DNA of 64,000 nt from the NCBI GenBank assembly GCA_964016885.1, contig OZ024742.1, forward strand, positions 354,268,001 to 354,332,000, written 5' to 3'. Below the pieces are notes generated by a model. The model saw nothing but the letters and a program-made list of their open reading frames with translations. It was not told the origin of the DNA and made no database searches. Origin of the DNA: Eledone cirrhosa. Lineage: Eukaryota. Made by a program: the position numbers and the translations under genes. Below, piece by piece: positions 1 to 11,799 of this stretch (positions within the stretch are counted from its first letter, which is position 1; every line of letters begins with the position of its first letter).

Positions 1-79
1 CTAATTCTGGACGGCTAATTCTGTCCAGAATTAGCCGTCGAAACGGCTTGAATTCAGCCGTCGGGGTCTTACTGGTTCC
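1..79. repeat. Fold-back (hairpin) element, family A, partial copy cut by the window edge
   Basis: Identical to 3952-4030 except one base; palindromic core ctggac...gtccag followed by gccgtcgaaacggc; ends in (TA)n. Confidence 0.85.
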
Positions 80-546
<467 letters not shown>

Positions 547-687
547 TTGGAATAAATGCTCTGAAATAGCGATATATATGTGAATATAGACATAGAATAT
601 TCGAAAATATTCTGTATGTTTATAATAAACATTTTGAAGACCTAATCGCTATAGAATAGAATACGTCACGTATTACAATTAGATTCT
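547..687 (-). repeat. Inverted partial copy of the 310-bp unit at the 5' end of the array
   Basis: Reverse complement of 810-950. Confidence 0.95.
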
Positions 688-3600
688 GTACACAGCTAAG
701 TATTCTATAAGTCTCTAGCTGTGTCATTCTCGATAAAAGCACTGGATATGTAGTCCTGATGATTTCTAACAAGAATGAAACGCGTAGATTACTTCCCTTG
801 CTTTTATCGAGAATCTAATTGTAATACGTGACGTATTCTATTCTATAGCGATTAGGTCTTCAAAATGTTTATTATAAACATACAGAATATTTTCGAATAT
901 TCTATGTCTATATTCACATATATATCGCTATTTCAGAGCATTTATTCCAATTTCTAATTTCTGCCGGACCGGCAACCGCTCTTTCAAACCAGTTCCTGTA
1001 CACAGCTAAGTATTCTATAAGTCTCTAGCTGTGTCATTCTCGATAAAAGCACTGGATATGTAGTCCTGATGATTTCTAACAAGAATGAAACGCGTAGATT
1101 ACTTCCCTTGCTTTTATCGAGAATCTAATTGTAATACGTGACGTATTCTATTCTATAGCGATTAGGTCTTCAAAATGTTTATTATAAACATACAGAATAT
1201 TTTCGAATATTCTATGTCTATATTCACATATATATCGCTATTTCAGAGCATTTATTCCAATTTCTAATTTCTGCCGGACCGGCAACCGCTCTTTCAAACC
1301 AGTTCCTGTACACAGCTAAGTATTCTATAAGTCTCTAGCTGTGTCATTCTCGATAAAAGCACTGGATATGTAGTCCTGATGATTTCTAACAAGAATGAAA
1401 CGCGTAGATTACTTCCCTTGCTTTTATCGAGAATCTAATTGTAATACGTGACGTATTCTATTCTATAGCGATTAGGTCTTCAAAATGTTTATTATAAACA
1501 TACAGAATATTTTCGAATATTCTATGTCTATATTCACATATATATCGCTATTTCAGAGCATTTATTCCAATTTCTAATTTCTGCCGGACCGGCAACCGCT
1601 CTTTCAAACCAGTTCCTGTACACAGCTAAGTATTCTATAAGTCTCTAGCTGTGTCATTCTCGATAAAAGCACTGGATATGTAGTCCTGATGATTTCTAAC
1701 AAGAATGAAACGCGTAGATTACTTCCCTTGCTTTTATCGAGAATCTAATTGTAATACGTGACGTATTCTATTCTATAGCGATTAGGTCTTCAAAATGTTT
1801 ATTATAAACATACAGAATATTTTCGAATATTCTATGTCTATATTCACATATATATCGCTATTTCAGAGCATTTATTCCAATTTCTAATTTCTGCCGGACC
1901 GGCAACCGCTCTTTCAAACCAGTTCCTGTACACTGCTAAGTATTCTATAAGTCTCTAGCTGTGTCATTCTCGATAAAAGCACTGGATATGTAGTCCTGAT
2001 GATTTCTAACAAGAATGAAACGCGTAGATTACTTCCCTTGCTTTTATCGAGAATCTAATTGTAATACGTGACGTATTCTATTCTATAGCGATTAGGTCTT
2101 CAAAATGTTTATTATAAACATACAGAATATTTTCGAATATTCTATGTCTATATTCACATATATATCGCTATTTCAGAGCATTTATTCCAATTTCTAATTT
2201 CTGCCGGACCGGCAACCGCTCTTTCAAACCAGTTCCTGTACACAGCTAAGTATTCTATAAGTCTCTAGCTGTGTCATTCTCGATAAAAGCACTGGATATG
2301 TAGTCCTGATGATTTCTAACAAGAATGAAACGCGTAGATTACTTCCCTTGCTTTTATCGAGAATCTAATTGTAATACGTGACGTATTCTATTCTATAGCG
2401 ATTAGGTCTTCAAAATGTTTATTATAAACATACAGAATATTTTCGAATATTCTATGTCTATATTCACATATATATCGCTATTTCAGAGCATTTATTCCAA
2501 TTTCTAATTTCTGCCGGACCGGCAACCGCTCTTTCAAACCAGTTCCTGTACACAGCTAAGTATTCTATAAGTCTCTAGCTGTGTCATTCTCGATAAAAGC
2601 ACTGGATATGTAGTCCTGATGATTTCTAACAAGAATGAAACGCGTAGATTACTTCCCTTGCTTTTATCGAGAATCTAATTGTAATACGTGACGTATTCTA
2701 TTCTGTAGCGATTAGGTCTTCAAAATGTTTATTATAAACATACAGAATATTTTCGAATATTCTATGTCTATATTCACATATATATCGCTATTTCAGAGCA
2801 TTTATTCCAATTTCTAATTTCTGCCGGACCGGCAACCGCTCTTTCAAACCAGTTCCTGTACACAGCTAAGTATTCTATAAGTCTCTAGCTGTGTCATTCT
2901 CGATAAAAGCACTGGATATGTAGTCCTGATGATTTCTAACAAGAATGAAACGCGTAGATTACTTCCCTTGCTTTTATCGAGAATCTAATTGTAATACGTG
3001 ACGTATTCTATTCTATAGCGATTAGGTCTTCAAAATGTTTATTATAAACATACAGAATATTTTCGAATATTCTATGTCTATATTCACATATATATCGCTA
3101 TTTCAGAGCATTTATTCCAATTTCTAATTTCTGCCGGACCGGCAACCGCTCTTTCAAACCAGTTCCTGTACACAGCTAAGTATTCTATAAGTCTCTAGCT
3201 GTGTCATTCTCGATAAAAGCACTGGATATGTAGTCCTGATGATTTCTAACAAGAATGAAACGCGTAGATTACTTCCCTTGCTTTTATCGAGAATCTAATT
3301 GTAATACGTGACGTATTCTATTCTATAGCGATTAGGTCTTCAAAATGTTTATTATAAACATACAGAATATTTTCGAATATTCTATGTCTACATTCACATA
3401 TATATCGCTATTTCAGAGCATTTATTCCAATTTCTAATTTCTGCCGGACCGGCAACCGCTCTTTCAAACCAGTTCCTGTACACAGCTAAGTATTCTATAA
3501 GTCTCTAGCTGTGTCATTCTCGATAAAAGCACTGGATATGTAGTCCTGATGATTTCTAACAAGAATGAAACGCGTAGATTACTTCCCTTGCTTTTATCGA

Positions 3601-3704
3601 GAATCTAATTGTAATACGTGACGTATTCTATTCTATAGCGATTAGGTCTTCAAAATGTTTATTATAAACATACAGAATATTTTCGAATATTCTATGTCTA
3701 TATT

Positions 3705-3708
<4 letters not shown>
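686..3708 (+). mobile_element. Tandem array of ~9.75 x 310-bp non-coding units, one hammerhead ribozyme per unit (retrozyme-like)
   Basis: gtgtcattctcgataaaagc recurs at 721, 1031, 1341 ... 3511 (period 310). I see only about 3 substitutions in the whole array (~1934, ~2705, ~3391). No ORF; flanked by (TA)n. Confidence 0.92.
744..796 (+). ncRNA. Type I hammerhead ribozyme, first of 10 copies (744+310n, last at 3534-3586); predicted cleavage after GUA at 786
   Basis: Stem I GUAGUC/GAUUAC, core CUGAUGA, stem II UUCU-AACA-AGAA (U.U closing pair), GAAA, palindromic stem III CGCG, UA. Enclosed by a perfect 16-bp helix (726-741/799-814). Confidence 0.88.
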
Positions 3709-3782
<74 letters not shown>

Positions 3783-3825
3783 CATTTTTATATATATATA
3801 TATACATATACATATGTATATATAT

Positions 3826-4031
3826 AACGAAGGAAATGTGGTAAGGAGCCAGGTGGACCATAAAGCACCAAAGTACTCAATACTTATGGTAGTAGAGTGG
3901 GTAATAGAAACCAGTAAGAAACCGACGGCTGAGCTCAAGCCGTTTCGACGGCTAATTCTGGACGGCTAATTCTGTCCAGAATTAGCCGTCGAAACGGCTT
4001 GAGTTCAGCCGTCGGGGTCTTACTGGTTCCT
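3826..4031. mobile_element. Fold-back element family A (probably a non-autonomous Penelope pLTR derivative) in (TA)n
   Basis: Arms ccgacggctgagctcaagccgtttcgacggctaattctgg / ccagaattagccgtcgaaacggcttgagttcagccgtcgg. Homologous to 1-79, 8781-8975 and ~47147-47182. Confidence 0.75.
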
Positions 4032-4057
4032 ATATATATATATATATATATATATAG

Positions 4058-4160
<103 letters not shown>

Positions 4161-4471
4161 TATATATATATTTATATATATACATTATGAAGAGAGAAGA
4201 AACATTTAGATATAATTAGTAATAAAATGTATCATACCTAAACAGCTCCTAGATTCCTCGACTACGTAGTTTCGTGGCATAAACAAAAACAATACATCAT
4301 AAAGATATAGAGTCCTTGCGAGGTTTGCCTCACTGGGGAACTGGAGTCATATCCATATAACTCCAGTTCCCCAGTGAATTAACAACCCAACAAGGAACTG
4401 GGCATATCAGAGTATTGACAATATCATACACCTAAATAACATATGTACTTGTCTATACCATACTAATTCAA

Positions 4472-4526
4472 ACTGCCTGAAGAGGTCACAGCCAAAGATG
4501 GCTGTCACTGAAATGTATATAGCAGT
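4472..4526 (+). ncRNA. Type I hammerhead ribozyme
   Basis: ACUGC-CUGAAGA-GGUcACAGCCA(aaga)UGGCUGUcACU-GAAA-UGUAUA-UA-GCAGU. A diverged copy lies on the minus strand at 46960-47014. Confidence 0.82.
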
Positions 4527-4570
4527 AATAAACGAAGCTAAATTTTAATCATTTGACTTTTATTTAACTT

Positions 4571-4606
<36 letters not shown>

Positions 4607-4840
4607 GTTATATAGTAAGGTGCACTATTGGTTGTTTAAAATTTCACACGCACCGAAGCGATGTCCGAACAAAAAAAAAGTATAAGAAAACAAATATAAT
4701 AAAACAAATATAAGAATGTACCAACACAGCACTCACCTAAATTTAGTTCACAAAGTAACAGAAGCTATATTGGTCAAATCTCAATTTGACGATGTAAATA
4801 TATATATAAATATGTATATATATATATATACATATGTATA

Positions 4841-4936
<96 letters not shown>

Positions 4937-4991
4937 AATTAATAAAAATAATGAATAAAAACAAAGAAACAGTTCCTTATATTAAAAATTA

Positions 4992-5125
4992 ATCATCTTA
5001 CGATCGTTTCTAGGATATATATGTGTGTGTTTGTATGTATATCATATAGATCTATGTAAAATGTTTACAAACTATCAGAGGGATTATACATATCTACACA
5101 TATATATGCCGTCTTCAGAAATAAT
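4992..5125 (-). ncRNA. Type I hammerhead ribozyme with a ~100-nt stem II
   Basis: Minus strand AUUAUUU-CUGAAGA-cggcauauauaugugu...acacauauauauccua-GAAA-CGAUCG-UA-AGAUGAU. Confidence 0.72.
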
Positions 5126-5869
5126 GATATTTGTTTATTGAAAAAAACCAACAAAGATTTAATATAATAAGTCTGTTTGGGAACAGGTTTTGAATTGACC
5201 AATAGAAAGGTAGTAAGTGGTCAAGGTGGTAGAATAGTTGTAGTAGAAATTTAATTTAGGGGTAGAGGAATGCAGATTTCAGTTTTGAATGGAAAGAGTA
5301 TAATGAGTGAAAGGATTATTTTGGGGATGAAAATCGGTCAGGTCGGTAAAAGGTACACGAACATTTGATGTTATAAAAGAATAATGCTAATGTAAATATC
5401 TAAGGAGAATAACATTTTACGATACATGGGTCAGTGAAAAATATCTATCTTATTTAAAACATTAGGAGTTTACGTCTATAAAAAGAAAGTAAATTAATTA
5501 AATTGTTAGGTATATTTATATTGATAAATTTATATTAATTCATATAGATATGATAAATAAGAGTTAGATGTAATTGAAGAATGCTGTTAAAAGCGAAGGG
5601 AAAATTAAAAAATAAAAATAATAATTATTAGAGGTGGGGGTGGTGGGTAAATTTATTAGTGAGAAATAATAAATTTATATAGATTATAAGGAATATAGAT
5701 TCAAAACCTGAAATTAAAATAGTTTATATGTATACTTATTGGTATAAATTTTAGGAAAAGATAGCTGTAAAAGGGAAATAAAATTATGCAGTTCATTAGT
5801 AGTAGAATATTAATTATAGGTTAACTAAATTTAAAAAAAGTGTTATTATAATAATTTGTAAAGAGTATA

Positions 5870-6245
5870 TTAATTAGGTTTATAATATTTAAAAGTTCTA
5901 CTCAATTTATGATTACATGATATAATTAATTCCTGTCGCTTATTTAATAGGATATGCTTAGATTTCATTATTTCAAAAAGTTCCTGGGAACATAATCTAC
6001 ATTCATATATATTATTTTGATAAGGGGTGGCCCTTTTAAGCACACTCCAGGTCAGGTTATAATCTATATTATTTTTTCTATAATTATTAACTATTTCAGC
6101 TAAGGATGTTGTATTAGCTAATGCGGCATTTTTAAAACTGTGCTTGTGGGTATTACATCTTACTTTAAATTGGTTAGAAGTAGCTCCTATATATGAATAA
6201 GTTGAGTCCTTGGTGTTAATTTTACATTTATATACTATGATATTA
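5870..6245 (-). pseudogene. GIY-YIG endonuclease domain fragment of a Penelope-like element
   Basis: Motifs match the C-termini of the PLE ORFs at 24020-24511 and 32309-32760. Confidence 0.85.
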
Positions 6246-6319
6246 ATATATATATATATACGGCCCAATGCTCTAACCACTAAGTCATGCGCGTTCACGT
6301 ATATATATATATATATATA

Positions 6320-6542
6320 TTGTTATACTTTGGGAGGGTCATGTTGCCAATAAGAAACACACGCACCAATTGCTTTCACTTCAATTTATTATAATAAATT
6401 TATAAATTTATTATAATAAATTGAAGTGAACGCAACTGGTGCGTGTGGTTCTTATTGGCAACATGACCCTCCCAAAGTATAATAATATCGGTTTCAACAC
6501 ACGATTTCAGATAAAGAATCTTGCTAAACAAATTCAGAAACG

Positions 6543-6546
<4 letters not shown>
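6320..6546. repeat. Fold-back copy of a PLE 3' terminus (family H)
   Basis: ttatactttgggagggtcatgttgccaataagaa / ttcttattggcaacatgaccctcccaaagtataa inverted arms; same terminus at 35220-35292 and 56510-57057. Confidence 0.8.
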
Positions 6547-6611
<65 letters not shown>

Positions 6612-6631
6612 TATATATTTCTTATTTTACG

Positions 6632-6679
<48 letters not shown>

Positions 6680-8060
6680 GTTCTATCTACCGAATTATTA
6701 TTATTTTTATATGAGCCGCCAGTGTCCGCGCATTGCCTGGAGACTTAGCTGAGAATAGACTCCCTGATGACGCAATGGATTCTCGACAGTTAGATTACGT
6801 AACTGTCTTTATCCCATTGCAGAAACTAATTAGTTGGAGTGAAAATTTAAGTAAGTAAGTAAAACGTTTTTTAAACATTTTTTAAAAAAGATTTTCTTAT
6901 TTTACGTCTTTTATATTATTGTTCTGCATCCTCCTGCATTGAACCACCTAGGTACTATGACATAACCTGTGTATTTGCTGGCATAGGCGTGCATCTGTGC
7001 GTTTATTTTAGTTGATATATTAAATTATCTACATTTATCTCCAAATCACTGATTTGTCGAGCAAACCTGCCAAAACCACTTCTAAAAAAATTTTTTTAGG
7101 GGTGTTATTAGGCGTCAGTCATCTTACCATCCCATTCCTTCTAACTAGCCTCTGTGCCACGTGATTGATTCTTTATAATCGGCCATTTGACTAGAAGCAG
7201 TGAGGATTTCAGTACATGGAATTTAGTCCTCGCCAGCTGTTCTATCTACCGAATTATTATTATTTTTATATGAGCCGCCAGTGTCCGCGCATTGCCTGGA
7301 GACTTAGCTGAGAATAGACTCCCTGATGACGCAATGGATTCTCGACAGTTAGATTACGTAACTGTCTTTATCCCATTGCAGAAACTAATTAGTTGGAGTG
7401 AAAATTTAAGTAAGTAAGTAAAACATTTTTTAAAAATTGTTTAAAAAAGATTTTCTTATTTTACGTCTTTTATATTATTGTTCTGCATCCTCCTGCATTG
7501 AACCACCTAGGTACTATGACATAACCTGTGTATTTGCTGGCATAGGCGTGCATCTGTGCGCTTATGTTAGTTGATATATTAAATTATCTATATTTATCTC
7601 CAAATCACTGATTTGTCGAGCAAACCTGCCAAAACCACTTCTAAAATTTTTTTTTGGGGGGTGTTAGTAGGCGTCAGTCATCTTACCATCCCATTCCTTC
7701 TAACTAGCCTCTGTGTCACGTGATTGATTCTTTAGAATCGGCCATTTGACTAGAAGCAGTGAGGATTTCAGTACATGGAATTCAGTCCTCGCCAGCTGTT
7801 CTATCTACCGAATTATTATTATTATTATATGAGCCGCCAGTGTCCGCGCATTGCCTGGAGACTTAGCTGAGAATAGACTCCCTGATGACGCAATGAATTC
7901 TAGACAGTTAGATTACGTAACTGTCTTTATCCCATTGCAGAAACTAATTAGTTGGAATGAAAATTTAAGTAAGTAAGTAAAAAATTTTTTTAAAATTGTT
8001 TAAAAAATATTTTCTTATTTTACGTCTTTTATATTATTGTTCTGCATCCTCCTGCATTGA
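6680..8060 (+). mobile_element. Tandem array of ~2.5 x 559-bp non-coding units, each with a hammerhead (6759-6840, 7318-7399, 7877-7958)
   Basis: gttctatctaccgaatt at 6680, 7239 and 7798. Hammerhead ACUCC-CUGAUGA-cGCAAUGG..GACAGUUA/UAACUGUC..CCAUUGCa-GAAA-CUAAUUAG-UU-GGAGU. Confidence 0.85.
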
Positions 8061-8330
8061 CTTAGTTGTTAGAGCATTGGGCTTGCAACCGAAAGGTTGT
8101 GAGTTCAATTCTCGGACCGGGTGATATGTTGTTTCCTTGAGCAAGACACTTTATTTCACGTTGCTCCGGATTATTCAGCTGTAGAAATGAGATGTGGAGG
8201 TACCTGCCTGCCCTCCCAGCCAGTGGGGTGACGTTATATTATGGCTAAAACAGCACAATGTGCTTTACCAGCGGCGCCGAATAGACGCCCGATAGACTGT
8301 CGGTCAAGGTGATATATATACATCTTTATA
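8057..8330 (+). mobile_element. tRNA-derived SINE (family 2)
   Basis: Box A-like tgacttagttgttagagc, box B gagttcaattc, conserved ccttgagcaagacacttta. Related copy at ~61420-61600. Confidence 0.7.
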
Positions 8331-8374
8331 TAGTCAAATCTTAGACAGGAACAAAAACAGAGAGACAGTAAAAA

Positions 8375-8760
8375 TATTAGTTTATTATGTTCACGCTTTT
8401 GAGAGTTGGAGGGGGGGATTCGGGAAAAGCTCTTCATCGGGAGAAAAGTGGGTAGGAAGAGAGTTCCGAGGGTGTGTGTGTGAGTGGTGGAAAGACATTT
8501 AAAAAGGGGTGGGGGAGAAAAGGGGGGTAAAACGATTTTAGAAGTACAGATAAAAATAAAAATAAACATAAAAATAAACAAGTGTTGAAAGGGTGTGGGT
8601 CGTCTAGCGGTGGTGGTTGTGGAGTTGGGAGAGGGAGGTGGGGTGGTCCGAGCGGGGAAGGCTGTAGTTAGTGTTTGTGTATGTGTGTAGGTGTACGTGG
8701 GTGTGTGTGTGTGTATGTATGTGGGGATACGCACGTGTGTGTTTGTGTTTATACATCTTT
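8375..8760 (-). mobile_element. Decayed terminal repeat of the Neptune-type PLE family
   Basis: Reverse complement resembles 50340-50700 (CA-rich tract, ggaactctcttcc, decayed hammerhead, aataaac). Confidence 0.65.
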
Positions 8761-8780
8761 ATATATATATATATATATAT

Positions 8781-8975
8781 AACGAAGGAGTTGTGGTAAG
8801 GAACCAGATGAACCATAACGCACCAGAGTACTCAATACTTAGCGTAGTAAAGTGGGTAATAGGAAAAAGTATGACCCCGACGGCAGAGCTCAAGCCGTTT
8901 CGACGGCTATTTCCGGACTCCAGAAATAGCCGTCGAAACGGCTTGAGCTCTGCCGTCGGTGTCATACTTTTTCCT
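8781..8975. mobile_element. Fold-back element family A, diverged copy
   Basis: Same layout and ends as 3826-4031; lies in (TA)n. Confidence 0.75.
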
Positions 8976-9057
8976 ATATATATATATATATATACACAGA
9001 CAGTTGGATAAAGAAAGAGATTTGGAGGGAGAGAGAGAGGGGGAGATAGAGAGAGAG

Positions 9058-9138
<81 letters not shown>

Positions 9139-9513
9139 GAGAATCAATGCAAAGGCATGTTTTTTATAATTTAAATGCGGGATTATCCAACAACAGAAAA
9201 TCTATTTCTCCCGGTGAAAATGGGATTTAAAATATAGTAAACATCATATAGATCTGCTGAATATGAAACATTTGTTTTCGTGTCAGTTATTTCTTATTAA
9301 CACTATTTATTTACTTTTACTTAATTGCACATATCCATTTACGGTGTATATAATTTAAAACCTGAAGCGTAGAATTCAGGATTGAAATCACTTAAAGTAT
9401 TTAATATGTGTTGATGTAACTAAGCAAATTTCCTTCTATACACGTCCCTTCGTAATGTGGGTAATTTCAATTACCAAAGACCGATATTGGTTCAACTACT
9501 CGGACGTATGTTA

Positions 9514-9556
<43 letters not shown>

Positions 9557-9899
9557 GGCGACCTACGTGGTAAATCGTATCATCGTGAGCTCCGCAAAGG
9601 TTTGTTATTTCCGTTTGTTAATAATTGCCATTTATGGAAAATGTTGTTGTTAACTGTTTATAAGCACACATACATTGTTTTCGGAAAAGGACACCCAAAA
9701 AGATTGGGGCCTTGTGCCCAAAATTTTAACTTTTATTATTGTCAAAAAATTTCTTTGAAAAAAAAATGGCTACTTCACCTCTGCACGAAGTAGCTGAAAG
9801 CCTTCCTCACAAAATAACACCTCACACCGACACCACCATTGTAAATGTTACTACGTTTGCCAACACAAAAAAAATATAAGCAGTAGCAATATTTTAAAT

Positions 9900-11280
9900 T
9901 TGTCTCAGGCAGACATTCATTTCCCGCCATTACCAATGATTGCAGGTGTTAAACCCTCCACCACCACCACCACCACCACCGCGACAACCACCACCACCAC
10001 CACCACCACCGCGACAACAGAAACAAAAGAAGAAAAAAATAAATTTACTCGTGACGTCGAAATGAAATCAAGCAAAATGGACTCTTCCCCACCAAAGACG
10101 ACTGACGTCACCACCACCACAACAGAAACTAAAATTAATATTAACGATAGCAACAACAACAACAATGACATTATAACCCCCCCCCCTCAGTTTCGCCAGG
10201 GTAGCAAAGCAGTTCGAAGCGTTTACAGTAACCCAGGAGGATTTAGAAAATGCCAAATAAATGGTAAAGAAAGATGGGTACAGGGTCAGCCTCACCCCCC
10301 CCCCCCCCACCTAATAAAATGGAGCATCGGCGCCTATGCACAGTGTCGTATCGAATAATAAATGTAAAATCGCGCCGAGTGGAACGGGCATCCGAGTCCC
10401 AAATCCAAAAATTTTGGGACATGTGTGGGCAAGAAAAACCCACATCAGACGTGGGCAAAAGTATGGAACTGTGGATGTGTTCTTTGAAACACCAGAGGAG
10501 GCTAGAGAACACTCCATGGCCCCATTAAAAAGTGACGACTTCACACTCGTCCCAAGCTATTGTGGCCAGAGACTCGTAAAGATCAGGGTGACCCACGTTC
10601 CACCGGCCATCGAAATTCCCTGGCTAATAGCGGCTGTCCTCGCCGGCATCGAAACCAACACGAAAATAATAGCAATAGCAAAAGAAAAGCAGGAAAACTG
10701 GTCCGGATCTGGGATGGAGCTCCTGATCCAAGCGAACCAAAAAAGCATTGAGGAGATCCCAGAGGTAATAGACCTGACTGACGGCAGCCACCCGACGGTA
10801 ATTGTCGAGGGCAGAAGACCTAGGTGTGTCGTTTGTGGTGAAGGAACCCACCTAAGGGCTTACTGCCCTCAGGCTAAAAGGTTGAGGCCACCTCTCCTAC
10901 CCACCCCAGTGACACAACCATCAACACCACCAGTAGCAGAGATGCCAGCAACAACTGTAGCAGCAACAACAGAAGCAACTATAACAGCAACAACCCCAGC
11001 AACAGTAGCAAAACCAACACCACTACCACTACCACCACCAGCAAAACCAACACCACCACCACCCAACGCTTCAGAACTAGCACCAGCGCCTACACCATCC
11101 ACCACACCACAACCAAAACAAACGGCTGTGGAGGATTTTCCACTCCCCGGCCTATCACAACTGGAGACAGATTGTGACGACGAGGAGTGGGAAACGATAT
11201 CCGGAAAAAAAAAGAAACCAAAAAAGAAAAAATTCTCTTCCTTCCCCCTCCAAAAACAAAATACAGAGGGAAACAAATAA
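9900..11280 (+). pseudogene. LINE ORF1 (gag-like, zinc knuckle CVVCGEGTHLRAYC, Pro/Thr-rich tail), frameshifted
   Basis: ORF 10336-11280 with Cx2Cx4Hx4C; upstream Thr-rich ORF 9900-10358 is probably the same ORF broken at a poly-C run. Confidence 0.75.
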
Positions 11281-11799
11281 ACTAAGAAACAAAAAAGTTA
11301 GGACAGATATGCCACCATCCACACCAGCATCACCAACCCCATCAACCCAAACACCAACACCATCACCATCATTAACTCCAACACCACCATCACCAACACC
11401 ACAAAAGTCACCAAAATGCGAAACAGAAACAAACCCACAACAAACGCAAACAAAACAAAACAACCAAAACGATACACACTACACAGCATTAAATTTGAAC
11501 AACAAGCAATTATTACACTACATCCAACACAACACCAGCATCACAGAAAAAGACTACACAACAACCCCAAAATTCACACCACCTCCACACATACAAATCA
11601 CTTGCATCACACAGAAAACGTACATGACAATAAAACAAAAAATTCCCCAAAGACATCGGAGACTTCCGACAAGCACTCTCCAGGAGGATTTATAAGGACA
11701 TCCTTCCTGAGGGGGCCACAAGCAGTGAAAAGGATGGAAAAACCGTCCTTCCCCTACGAGAAGTAAGGTAAGTGGTCTTTCCCATCTTTTCCACTCCTT

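Larger units (their letters stand above)
4937..6245 (-). mobile_element. 5'-truncated Penelope-like element (Hydra-type): GIY-YIG C-terminus plus 3' pLTR
   Basis: ORF 5870-6245 contains IVYKC...YIGAT..FKxR..H, W, CRLC..E, LN.R.E...C.H; bounded by (TA)n on both sides. Confidence 0.85.

Noticed and set aside
686-3708. CRISPR array or ordinary centromeric satellite interpretation of the 310-bp repeat
   Set aside because: There are no unique spacers or cas genes and the context is eukaryotic; the hammerhead per unit and 5' inversion point to a retro-mobilised RNA.
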